A stretch of DNA of 35,485 bases from positions 1 to 35,485 of the forward strand of contig JAPEUG010000155.1 in assembly GCA_026025795.1 (NCBI GenBank). Reading direction: 5' to 3'. Below are positions 11,611-20,581 of this stretch, piece by piece. Source of the stretch: Thelocarpon superellum (lineage: Eukaryota). Under the pieces are notes generated by a model. That model saw only the letters and a program-made list of their open reading frames with translations. It was not told the origin of the DNA and did no database searches. Both the position numbers and the translations under genes were made by a program. The stretch's first letter is position 1; each line of letters opens with the position of its first letter.

Positions 11611-12195
11611 ATGAGCCTCTGGCACATGCTCTGGCCAGCGGTCTTCGCGACCGTCGCGGTCTGCACGGCAGAGAGGATTGAACAGCCCACTTCGAGCGTC
11701 AGCCTCGACGCAAGGCTCACCCAGATCAACCAGACGCATGCCAGCGTCGAACTGACCAACCACAACATCACCATCGATGTGCACCTCCCCACCCACGCCC
11801 CGGATCAATCATCGCTCACGACCATCGACGCCGCGTTCGACGTCAGCAGCGTAGGCGCGACCGGGAGGACGACGGAGCTAGCGGGAGGCTCGGGCGTTGT
11901 GGGTGCCCCCGCTGCAGGAGGCACCCGGCCACTGGGTGGTCTAGGGGAGCTGACAGCGCAGCCGGGGCCCTGCGACCTCATCAAAGCGGGGACCAGCTGT
12001 ACCGAGACCGTCGAGCTCACGCGTCTCTTCGATGTGCCTGCGCCCGCGAACTATAGCGTCAGCTTCGACTTGCACGCGACCGGCCGAACCACAGAAGCAG
12101 GGTCGACGGGGAATGATGCAGTAGGTGGCGTGGTTAGCCTGCTGGTGAGCGCTACAGCTGGCCCGGTGAGGATGATGCTCGAAAAGTCTGCTTGA
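11611..12195 (+). CDS. Secreted protein (194 aa) resembling the propeptide of deuterolysin (M35) metalloproteases, with no catalytic domain
   Basis: CCACCATG start and hydrophobic signal peptide MSLWHMLWPAVFATVAVCTA. SLDARLTQINQTHASVELTN and LIKAGTSCTETVELTRLFDV...YSV resemble M35 prodomain motifs. No HEXXH. Confidence 0.65.
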   Translation: MSLWHMLWPAVFATVAVCTAERIEQPTSSVSLDARLTQINQTHASVELTNHNITIDVHLPTHAPDQSSLTTIDAAFDVSSVGATGRTTELAGGSGVVGAPAAGGTRPLGGLGELTAQPGPCDLIKAGTSCTETVELTRLFDVPAPANYSVSFDLHATGRTTEAGSTGNDAVGGVVSLLVSATAGPVRMMLEKSA

Positions 12196-12425
12196 TCTCT
12201 CGTCCTATATCATGAGCACGGCCGGGTTTCGTGTACACGTCATACATAACCATCCCGGCCCACCAATGCCAATGCATAGAATTATGAATGAAGCGCCATC
12301 GTATTCGTACATGGCACTCCCCCCGCAGTCCACTCGCCAACCAACCATGCACCCATGCAGAAGACAAAGAAGGAAACGCAGATCGAGCAACCGGTATGAT
12401 AATAATCACAGTATGATATGACTCC

Positions 12426-15122
12426 TTACCTACGCTCATCCTCGCCGCTGTCCTCTTCAACGAGGGCGGGCGTACGACGCTCAGTGCGTCGTTTGGGCCG
12501 TCGCATTCTTGAACTGCTCACGTTGCTCGCGGAGTCGTCGGGCCATACTTCGCTGCTCGCGTCGCCGCCCATGGCCCATCCGGCCTCGGACTCGCTCTCC
12601 CACTCCGCCGTGGGGTTTACGCCCATGCCCATGCCCATGCCCATCCCCATCGCCGAGCTTCTGGCCGGCGTGCCCGCGACGACCTCGATGTCGCGGTGAT
12701 GTATGCCGAGCGCTTGCCGCCGGGCCTGCGTCGCCATGGAGAGGCCGGCTCCACGTTCGCGCAGCGCCGTCCGCACCTCCTCGGCCTGCCGATGCAGTGC
12801 TTCAAAGGCGTCCTCGAGTGCTTCCATGCCGACGTAGATCTCGCGTTCTACCTCGGCGAGAGTTGCAATCTCCGTCTCCTCGTCGTGCGGTACTGGCGGG
12901 CCAGGCGGGGGCGGCGTGCCGTGGGAGGCGGCCGTAGCAAGCACGTGGAAGGGTGTGCTTGATCGGGCCGGACCGTCGACCCCGACCCCAACCCCTGAGA
13001 GGGGAGTCGTTGGTCCTGTGGAGGCCGTCGCACCTCGAATGGCGGGATTGGAATTCCGTGAGGCGGGCCAGGGCGAGGCCATGGTCGATGGGTCTTCGGC
13101 TCCGCTCCAGAGGAAGCCGTCGAAGCGTCCAGAAGTCAAGACGTCCCATTCAGACGAGTTGATACTCGCGAGCGCCGCCAGGAGAGGGTGTAGCGTCGGT
13201 TGCTTCAGGAGAAAGACGGCCGTCTCGGGGTCGCGGGGGGGGGTCGTGAGGCGATAAAGCCGCTGGAGCGCAACACTCGAGCGGACTAGCACCTCGGCAC
13301 GCGAGTTGGACCCCGACCTCGCCAGCCCTGCCTCCCACGCGCCAGGGGGTGCTGGAACGGTCGAGGGAGTGGACAACAAAGCGCTGAAGAGCGGTTGCTC
13401 CTCCTTGCTCAGATGCGTCAGGATGGTAAAGGTCAGGGTTTCGTCGTCAACTTCGATGGGAGGAGCCGCCGCTGTTTCCGGCTGCGCCGTGAGCCACTGG
13501 TCGACGCTCCGCATCGTTTTCTGCGATTGTCGCACGTAGTGCTCGTGAAACTCCTCCGGCACATCGGCGTCGATAGGTGGGACAGAAGCACGACCGCTCT
13601 CCTGGCTTGGGCGGGGTGATCTGGCAGGACCCCAGCCCATCCGCCCGTCGATCTGCTTGATTGGCGCGCCCAGACCGGCAAAGTCGAACGCGGGCCATAT
13701 CGGAAGCTCTCTCCGTCCGCTGACCCACTCCAGCACCTCTCCCCAGCCCACTGCGGGCTCCTCCGATCGCTCGCTCGGCCGCTGCGTCTGACAGATGACG
13801 CACGTACATCCTTCCGCCGAGATATTACGCGCGAAGACATTCTCCAATCGGTCGAGTAGTCTCCGGGCGACGGACTTGTACCCCGTTGCGACGGCGATCG
13901 ACCCGTTCTTCGACAGCACCGTGTGGTAGTCCTGCAGTACGCGCTGAAAGGGGGTAAAGATGGTATCGGCAGCGGGTCCGGCCGGCGCGGGCGTTCGGGA
14001 AGGCGTAGAGAAGTTGGACGAGTGGGTGGGTAGGGCGGATGGTGCGACCGCCAAGAGGGTTCGTGGAGCAGGCCGTATAAGTCCGCCGTTCTGTAGAAGA
14101 TAATCGACCTTGGGAATATTGAGGGGCATGGTTGGGGGTGGAGGCGGTGGCGGCGGCTGGGGCGACAGGAACGCCGCGCCTGGGTTGATGTTGGCCGACG
14201 TTTTGCCGTCTGCGCCATTTAGGTTTGAATACGGTGCGGTCTGTGGCGGCGTTCGAGGTAGTGAATCTTCCACCGAGGCCGACGACGATTCATTCGCAGT
14301 CTCGACGCACGGGGAGGGCTGACGGCGGAGGTGTTGGGGGTGGTCGCGTGCGAGCGACGTGGCATCGGAATCCAACGTCGACTCCGTCTCTCGCGACAAG
14401 TCCGACGAGGCGTCTCGCTCCTTGCCACTGGTCTCCTTATCAGCCGGGCGGCCCTCATTCGACTTTCTTTTCGTGACGGATGGTCGCGGTGGGGACGAGC
14501 GCGACGTCGTTCGACTCGCAAGCTCGCTGCCGCGTTTGGAGGAGGACAGTCTCGAAAACCACGACTGTGAACGCTCTTCCACCACCTTCTTCTTGGTCGT
14601 TCGGGCCCCCTCCGAGCTTCTCCGGGACTTACCCTCCCCTCCTTTGCTCTTGGGCGTCGTCTTGCCCACGGGCCCAGTGGTGGCTGTCAGGGGAGGACTC
14701 GGAGGTGCAGCGCCGCGCGTGGCACCGTCGCTACTGCTCTCCTTCCGCCCCGTCTCGTCCTCTGTACTCTCATCGGCTTTTTCTCTGCGCCCAGCGCCCC
14801 CACCCACGTCGGTGGGATCAGGCGTGATGATGCTGGGAAGCTTCACATCCCGGGCGACGGCTTCTTTGGAATGAGCCTTGGAGAAGGAAGGGTATGGGAG
14901 TGAGGCTCGGCTCGAGGACGGTGAGTCGGTGGAAGCCATCATGCGTCCGTCGGGGTCGACTCGACTGTCTTTCCTCTTCCGACGGGCGGACGGGCTGGTG
15001 GGAGAGGAGGGTCCTAGGTCGGGCGAGGCGAGCGACTTCTTGCTCGAGCGGCCTGCTTTGCGTGTGCGATCTCGATCTTTGGTGTCATCCTTGTCGAGCT
15101 CTCTGGTCTTGATCATGGGCAT
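12426..15122 (-). CDS. Uncharacterised fungal-type protein (~898 aa), intronless: disordered S/R/K-rich N-terminus, CxCxxC motif, C-terminal coiled coil
   Basis: Long uninterrupted ORF; first ATG at 15122 in CCACCATG context. Ordered-looking blocks VDYLLQNGGL, AVATGYKSVARRLLDRLE, CTCVIC, SGRFDGFLWSGA, GMEALEDAFEALH, PDDSASN. Confidence 0.85.
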   Translation of the reverse strand: MPMIKTRELDKDDTKDRDRTRKAGRSSKKSLASPDLGPSSPTSPSARRKRKDSRVDPDGRMMASTDSPSSSRASLPYPSFSKAHSKEAVARDVKLPSIITPDPTDVGGGAGRREKADESTEDETGRKESSSDGATRGAAPPSPPLTATTGPVGKTTPKSKGGEGKSRRSSEGARTTKKKVVEERSQSWFSRLSSSKRGSELASRTTSRSSPPRPSVTKRKSNEGRPADKETSGKERDASSDLSRETESTLDSDATSLARDHPQHLRRQPSPCVETANESSSASVEDSLPRTPPQTAPYSNLNGADGKTSANINPGAAFLSPQPPPPPPPPTMPLNIPKVDYLLQNGGLIRPAPRTLLAVAPSALPTHSSNFSTPSRTPAPAGPAADTIFTPFQRVLQDYHTVLSKNGSIAVATGYKSVARRLLDRLENVFARNISAEGCTCVICQTQRPSERSEEPAVGWGEVLEWVSGRRELPIWPAFDFAGLGAPIKQIDGRMGWGPARSPRPSQESGRASVPPIDADVPEEFHEHYVRQSQKTMRSVDQWLTAQPETAAAPPIEVDDETLTFTILTHLSKEEQPLFSALLSTPSTVPAPPGAWEAGLARSGSNSRAEVLVRSSVALQRLYRLTTPPRDPETAVFLLKQPTLHPLLAALASINSSEWDVLTSGRFDGFLWSGAEDPSTMASPWPASRNSNPAIRGATASTGPTTPLSGVGVGVDGPARSSTPFHVLATAASHGTPPPPGPPVPHDEETEIATLAEVEREIYVGMEALEDAFEALHRQAEEVRTALRERGAGLSMATQARRQALGIHHRDIEVVAGTPARSSAMGMGMGMGMGVNPTAEWESESEAGWAMGGDASSEVWPDDSASNVSSSRMRRPKRRTERRTPALVEEDSGEDERR

Positions 15123-15733
15123 GGTGGATGTTGGTGCAGCCGTGCCCACGGATGGAAGGCGAATGACAACAGCTCGGGGCCGTGACGCAGTCGTGCGGCG
15201 CAGCCGATCAAACCCCGCCGCTGCATGAGCATCGGCCGACCAGCGAAAGCCGACCAGCGGTCGATCAAGTGGCGTAGGGCACTGGAACTAGGGAGCTGGG
15301 CCGACGCGAAGCAAGATGTGCAAGAGCGAATGCGGACACGAGCACTGGTATAGAAAGACAGGATCGAATGGGAGGTCGGGTGGAGAATTGAGTCTCGAAC
15401 GGGATCTTGTGGGCCGCAGCTCAGGCAAAACATGTTTGTTCCTCGCATGCGACCTGGAACTGCCCAGCCATACGCCGAGTGGCTGCAGGGCGTCGTTGCG
15501 AGGGACTTTTTGCCGAGTCTACAGTCGGCCATAGCGGAGCCGTGGGTCACCATGGCTTGATTCGATTGCTCAGACTGGAGCGAGAAGCGATTCTGTCCCG
15601 GCCCGACCGACTATGGTTGGGCACCTGTGTTTCTTCGCCCCTAATCCCAGGCAACCGTATGTCCCCGTCTCAATCGTACCTCTGAATAGATTCGCTCTAG
15701 CTTTACGAGTACACGCCTCTCTCCTGCAACCAG

Positions 15734-16879
15734 TCATGACGTCGCCAGAGTACATGCCGCGTTTTCGTCCCGGCCCTCGTCCATGGCTTCCTCCCAGACA
15801 ATGGTCCCGTCCATGGCGTGCTTCATGAGCTCGTCGCTCGCTCGCGCGCGATGGCCTGTGCGTGGATCCCATTCCCATCCCTCTTTTAACCACATCCATC
15901 GCAAAAACGCTCGTAACTCCTTGTCGAGAGGGACGACGCGCTTCCATTCGGGCTCAAAGTCCGTCGTCGCGGCGTCCTCGCTATTCCATCCGGTCGCGAC
16001 GCCCCGCAGCCGGTCTCGACAGAAGATACGCCAGCTGTCGAGCGCGTACGGTCCGGCAGTGGGGAGATGGGCAATCTCAAAGGCGCCGTCCCGCGCGTCC
16101 TCTGTCTCATCGGGGACAACTCCGCGAGGCTTGATGGCTCGGCCAGCTCCCAAGGTCGGATAGTTGAGCCGCCGGTGCCGACGACCCCGGATGGGGGGAT
16201 CCTCTACCCATGCCTTGGCCAATCTCACATATCGACGCGCGCGCGTGTTCTGCAGCCCCAGGTGACGAATGAGCTCAGCGACGGCTTGCTCGTCGGCCGA
16301 CGCCAGCGCCTCGGGGGTGGGATATGCCTCCATCAGCCGATAGAAGACGGGAATCGCCTGCAGGCCCCGCGTGCGATTGAGGAATGTGACGGCAACGAGA
16401 AGTCTGAACGGATCCTCGGCCAGTCTTTCTTGCACCAGACCAAAGACCGCACTTGATATGGGCGTAAAAGGGATGCAGGACGCCGTCCCCGCGAGCGACC
16501 GTCCATTCTTCGCCCCAAGCGCAGATGTAAAGTACGGTGAATGCACCGGCATCCGCGGGCGTTGGGAGCGCTTTCGTCGAACCATCGGCGTGGGTGCGTC
16601 AATGCAATCCTGTGCATGCCCATGCAGCCGGTGGGTGCTAAGAGTCTGCGGCGGCGACGGAGGACGGACGGGGCTCGGGGGGGTCACCTCTGGATCAGAA
16701 GCTGCCGTGCTGGTCTCCGAATCTTCCTCTTCCTCTTCCTGCCTTGGTGGATTCTTATGGCGGGCCCCCTCATCACTAGTCATGTTCGTGAATCCTTGGG
16801 GGTCCAAAAAACCGTGGCATTGGCGGTATGAAGGTGCTGCAGGGTCCGTATATGTTTGCTCTTCTTCCCAGAATTCCCG
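15734..16879 (-). CDS. MBD4-like HhH-GPD (G:T/G:U mismatch) DNA glycosylase, catalytic part; frame open from 16879, first ATG at 16783
   Basis: FGLVQERLAEDPFRLLVAVTFLNRT, YPTPEALA, LGLQNTRA, HhH-like LPTAGPYALDSWRIFC, and EWKRVVPLDKEL containing the Asp expected to be catalytic in MBD4-type enzymes. Confidence 0.88.
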   Translation of the reverse strand, partial: REFWEEEQTYTDPAAPSYRQCHGFLDPQGFTNMTSDEGARHKNPPRQEEEEEDSETSTAASDPEVTPPSPVRPPSPPQTLSTHRLHGHAQDCIDAPTPMVRRKRSQRPRMPVHSPYFTSALGAKNGRSLAGTASCIPFTPISSAVFGLVQERLAEDPFRLLVAVTFLNRTRGLQAIPVFYRLMEAYPTPEALASADEQAVAELIRHLGLQNTRARRYVRLAKAWVEDPPIRGRRHRRLNYPTLGAGRAIKPRGVVPDETEDARDGAFEIAHLPTAGPYALDSWRIFCRDRLRGVATGWNSEDAATTDFEPEWKRVVPLDKELRAFLRWMWLKEGWEWDPRTGHRARASDELMKHAMDGTIVWEEAMDEGRDENAACTLATS

Positions 16880-17520
16880 TCATCTTTCGCGGGAAGCGCG
16901 TGGGGTTTTGGTATCAGTCCATCATGACCAACTTTTCCCAGCACCTTCCCGGACTCGCTGTCCCGGATCCGCATGAGCTCGCCCCCCACGGTCCGGCCTT
17001 CTCCTCGCGCCATGTCAATCCACTCGAGAATTTGCATGAAGCGCCGCGCCTGCCGGAACTCGAGCCCGGCAAGCTTAAGGTCCACTTTTGCCGCCTCTGA
17101 GGTCCAGCCCAAAGCTCGCGCCTGGTCGTAGATGTCTCGGGTGTACTTCCGACAGGCCGAGGTCATTGGGGGGCTCAAGGGCTCGCGGTAGAGCTCGCGG
17201 TAGAGAGGACGTTGCTGCCCGTATTGTTTGAGTTGGGAATAAGGGTCGTCGTCACTGGCGCTTTCGAAAACGACATCGAGGTCAATTGCCACATCCGTGG
17301 ACCGTTTGCGGCGACGAGGCGAGTCGATGACCCGCTGGGCCATTTCAATCTCCTCTGGAGGTGCCGCGTCAACCATGGCTCGGAACTCCTGCTTTGACAT
17401 GCCGTGGGTCTCGAACTGTTCGTAAAGCTCCTCGGCCACCGAACTGTGATCATCCATACTCTGATTCACATCCCCGCCACTTTCTTTCCCCATGCTTGGT
17501 GTGCGACTCGGTGAGGTCAT
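16780..17520 (-). CDS. 246-aa ORF overlapping the glycosylase frame; probably the N-terminal half of the same gene
   Basis: ATG at 17520 (CACAATG). Protein-like helical block RKYTRDIYDQARALGWTSEAAK. Overlaps the downstream open frame by about 100 nt, and no consensus intron joining the two was found. Confidence 0.6.
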   Translation of the reverse strand: MTSPSRTPSMGKESGGDVNQSMDDHSSVAEELYEQFETHGMSKQEFRAMVDAAPPEEIEMAQRVIDSPRRRKRSTDVAIDLDVVFESASDDDPYSQLKQYGQQRPLYRELYREPLSPPMTSACRKYTRDIYDQARALGWTSEAAKVDLKLAGLEFRQARRFMQILEWIDMARGEGRTVGGELMRIRDSESGKVLGKVGHDGLIPKPHALPAKDDGNSGKKSKHIRTLQHLHTANATVFWTPKDSRT

Positions 17521-18136
17521 TGTGACTACCTCTGTTGCCAGAAAGCCAGCCCGCAAGACCATGCACCCTCGACGGGGGCCCACAAGTATGGAGAAGTCCC
17601 GAGTCACACTTGACGAGATGCTGCCTAGGGCCGGAGCTGCTAGCCTGTGGGCGGCAACCTTTTCTTGGTTTCCAGCAGCCTTACAGTGTTTCTACAGTAG
17701 GACTCCCATACGGTGCTCGTAACGAGCACGGTACTCGTCCTCGTACCAAAGTTGGCGCTACTTCGGTTCCAGGGAGGTGTCATCCTGATGGCACTTGTGC
17801 GTACTCGCATGCTAGTGCCAGGGTAAGTGGAGCATGAGATTGCGCCGCACCTTTGGACGTCCGTGAAACGATTGTACTCGTGGATGGCCTCAACACCTAT
17901 TGGGTATTATTCCTACTACGCAGCCGGCAAAACATGCTCGGCTGCCGAGGGTTACCAGACCGTGGAACCATCACACTGGACGCCACCGGTAGATTTACAC
18001 GATATGCCAAGCTGATCTCGATCAAAGGTCTCATCTGATTCGCGACTGCTATACAGTGCTGGCAAGATGACAATGCACAGCCGGTACCATGGTGCGAGAA
18101 AAATCAACTCGCTTCACCAAGTCACGATGCGTGACG

Positions 18137-19155
18137 TCACGCAAAGGCCAACGTCTTCTTGATCTCCGCGATGGCCTTGCCTGGATTTAAGCCCTTAGGA
18201 CACGTCCTCGAGCAGTTGAGGATGGTGTGGCACCGGTAGAGGCTCATGGAGTTATCCAGTGCCGACTTGCGCTCTTCCGTGCGCTCGTCGCGAGAATCGG
18301 CGAGCCAGCGATACGACTGAAGCAGAACGGCGGGGCCAAGATACTCCTCCGAGTTCCACCAGTACGAGGGACATGACGTAGAGCAGCAAGCGCACAGAAT
18401 GCACTCGTAGAGACCGTCCAACTTCCGTCGCTCTTCCGGACTCTGCCGATACTCACGGCCCTAGCACGCTCGTTAGTCATGACCGGAACGGCCTCGATGG
18501 AGGGCGCACGCACATCTGGTGCAGGGGATGTCCGCTGCAGATATGGCTTGATCGACTTGTATTGCTTGTAGAATTGAGTGAGGTCCGGGACAAGATCCTT
18601 GACCACAAAAGTGTGCGGCAATGGATAGATGCGGCTCTCCTGCTTCGTGTCGCTTGGGATCCGGCCTACCCAATCATGTCAGTACCGAGCCTCCGTATCG
18701 TCCGCTTCCCGTCGGGATAGGGCGCGCCACGTACAGAGACAAGCCAGCGTGTTGACGCCGTCAATGTTCATGGCACAGCTTCCACAGATTCCCTCACGAC
18801 AGCTCCGACGGAAAGTCAGAGTCGGATCCACTTCGTTCTTGATCCGGATCAACGCGTCGAGCATCATGGGTCCCGTCCGATTTAAGTCGAGCGTATACGT
18901 CTGCATCTTTGGCTTGGACGAGGGATCTTCGGGAGACCAGCGGTAGATGTGAAAGGTCTTGATCTTGGCCTCGCTCGATGGACTAGGCTCGGCGACGGTC
19001 GACGTCTTCGATGGCGGCACAGGCGAGCGTGATGGGCGAGTCTCCGCACCATCGGCGACTTTGACCGTGGCAAGCGATCGCCGCGCCATGGAAGACGAGA
19101 TCCGAGGGCGGGAGGCGGCCAAGAGGCGAGTGGTGGAAGAGCGGAGCGCGGCCAT
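18137..19155 (-). CDS. SDH2: Succinate dehydrogenase iron-sulfur subunit, mitochondrial precursor (~298 aa); exons 19155-18735, 18665-18514, 18460-18137
   Basis: Fe-S motifs [24 protein letters not shown] and [12 protein letters not shown]; Arg/Ser-rich presequence; introns 18666-18734 and 18461-18513 have canonical signals. Confidence 0.98.
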
Positions 19156-19420
19156 CCTGGACCTGTAATGCACGAATCGAACCGCCGACGAGGCCGAAGG
19201 TCAGCCCCACGTATGCGTGGAGTGACGGGTGGAGGATTCCAAGGAGCGATTGGAATCGAGAGGCAGTGATACAGAGGTGCGAGGCTCCTGATATTGGAGA
19301 TCTGAATTCCTCCGGCGGTGAGAGATCTGAGGGTATATGTAGGAAGAGATCGAGGAGGCGATGATGCGACAATCTCGGGCGTCATGCCCCTCGGCTGAAG
19401 AGTGGTGAGGTAAGACGGGT

Positions 19421-19440
19421 ATTGTCTGGACTGTGATTGG
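19421..19440 (-). promoter_or_regulatory. Candidate CBC:HapX bipartite site (CSAAT-N12-RWT) upstream of SDH2
   Basis: Minus strand reads CCAAT-cacagtccagac-AAT, about 270 bp upstream of the SDH2 ATG. Confidence 0.55.
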
Positions 19441-19453
19441 CCCATACAGAGTA

Positions 19454-19476
19454 ATCACGTGCAACTTATCACGTGC
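19454..19476. promoter_or_regulatory. Tandem ATCACGTGC E-boxes (bHLH-type) with an overlapping GATAAG (minus strand)
   Basis: atcacgtgc at 19454-19462 and 19468-19476; cttatc at 19465-19470. Confidence 0.5.
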
Positions 19477-19618
19477 TGCACTCGCTTCTCCCGGAAGCGT
19501 CCGCTGTTCGTGTCTACAACGCACATGGCCTGGTCAAGATTGAGAGGTACGACCCATGGACCTGAATTTGAATTGACGTAAACAAGCCAAGACCAGGTCG
19601 ATTACCCATCAGCCCCGT

Positions 19619-20581
19619 TCAACCAGTATACTCCATCTCTGCGGAACTTCGTCTAGGTAGACAAGATCCTTGGTCGGATCCTCGTGGATTCCTGGCATCA
19701 CACTGGGCAGAGGCATTTCCGGGGTCTGGAGGCTGGTCCGGTCGCCTGTATTTCTCCCGACTCTTCCGCCCTGTTGTTGTGCGACCAGCTCTCAAACGCT
19801 TCATGCTCTCGAGGAGCGCTTTGGCTGCTCGACCATTGTTGAACCACCCATCGGTCGTGTCCGGGCGGCCCATCAGCTCCATCGCAACGTCGTTCATTAC
19901 CGTTCTGTGTCTATTGCCAAAATCCGTATTTTTCTTTGCCGCACCGGTCACGGAGATACCAAGAAACGAGCCTTCGGGATCTGGGCGGGGCTTGAGCAAC
20001 GAGAGTTGGGAGCGGAGGGTTGACGAGCGTGCGAGTTACCTTCGATCAGATACCCAGGCTGGTGCTGAAGCTGCCTCTCGATGGACCGATTGCGACCGAG
20101 CGTGGCAAATCCTCCTTGCTGCCTGCTGACACAGTGGTACGTGACCCATCCAGCTGCTTTCCGAATATCGTCAGGTCTGAAAGAGTAAAACGTCCGCGGC
20201 CAGCCGACCGGCTGCACTGTGATCGCCACCGACCCGTCTCCTGCGTCCCATATCAGTTGCTGGGCAGTGTCCGCGAACCAGGAGAGCGTGCGTACCCGAT
20301 ACGTATTGGGCAGGGAGATAAGTCGCCTGCTCGCTCCACACGGTCTGATATACAAGCTCGTTGGGGCCGATGACCAGGTTACTTGGATTGCCAGCGTCGT
20401 GCACGGCGTCGGCGTTCTCGATGACGCCAAACAGTGCCGCGCTGCAGTAGACTCGCTCGCCCTCGTCAACTGGGGTGTCTGGAAGCTTGACGCCCCACGA
20501 GGTGCCTCGGACGCCAGGTGGCATTAGAATGTTGGTCCACAGAAGCATATATCCCAAGACTAGCACTGCTCTTGCCGCCAT
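19619..20581 (-). CDS. Putative secreted protein (~282 aa), effector-like; exons 20581-20296, 20240-20040, 19980-19619
   Basis: Hydrophobic N-terminus MAARAVLVLGYMLLW. Introns 20241-20295 (GTACGC...CTGAT...CAG) and 19981-20039 (GTAACT...CAG), both phase 1, join three ORFs. Motif LPAQYVSGDGSVAITV...IRKAAGWVTYHCV...GGF. Confidence 0.7.

Noticed and set aside
16837..16944. Intron as the explanation for the glycosylase frame break
   Set aside because: The better donors (GTGCTG 16944, GTTGGT 16932) are out of phase with the CAG acceptor at 16837. The in-phase donor GTCATG is non-consensus and has no nearby branch point.
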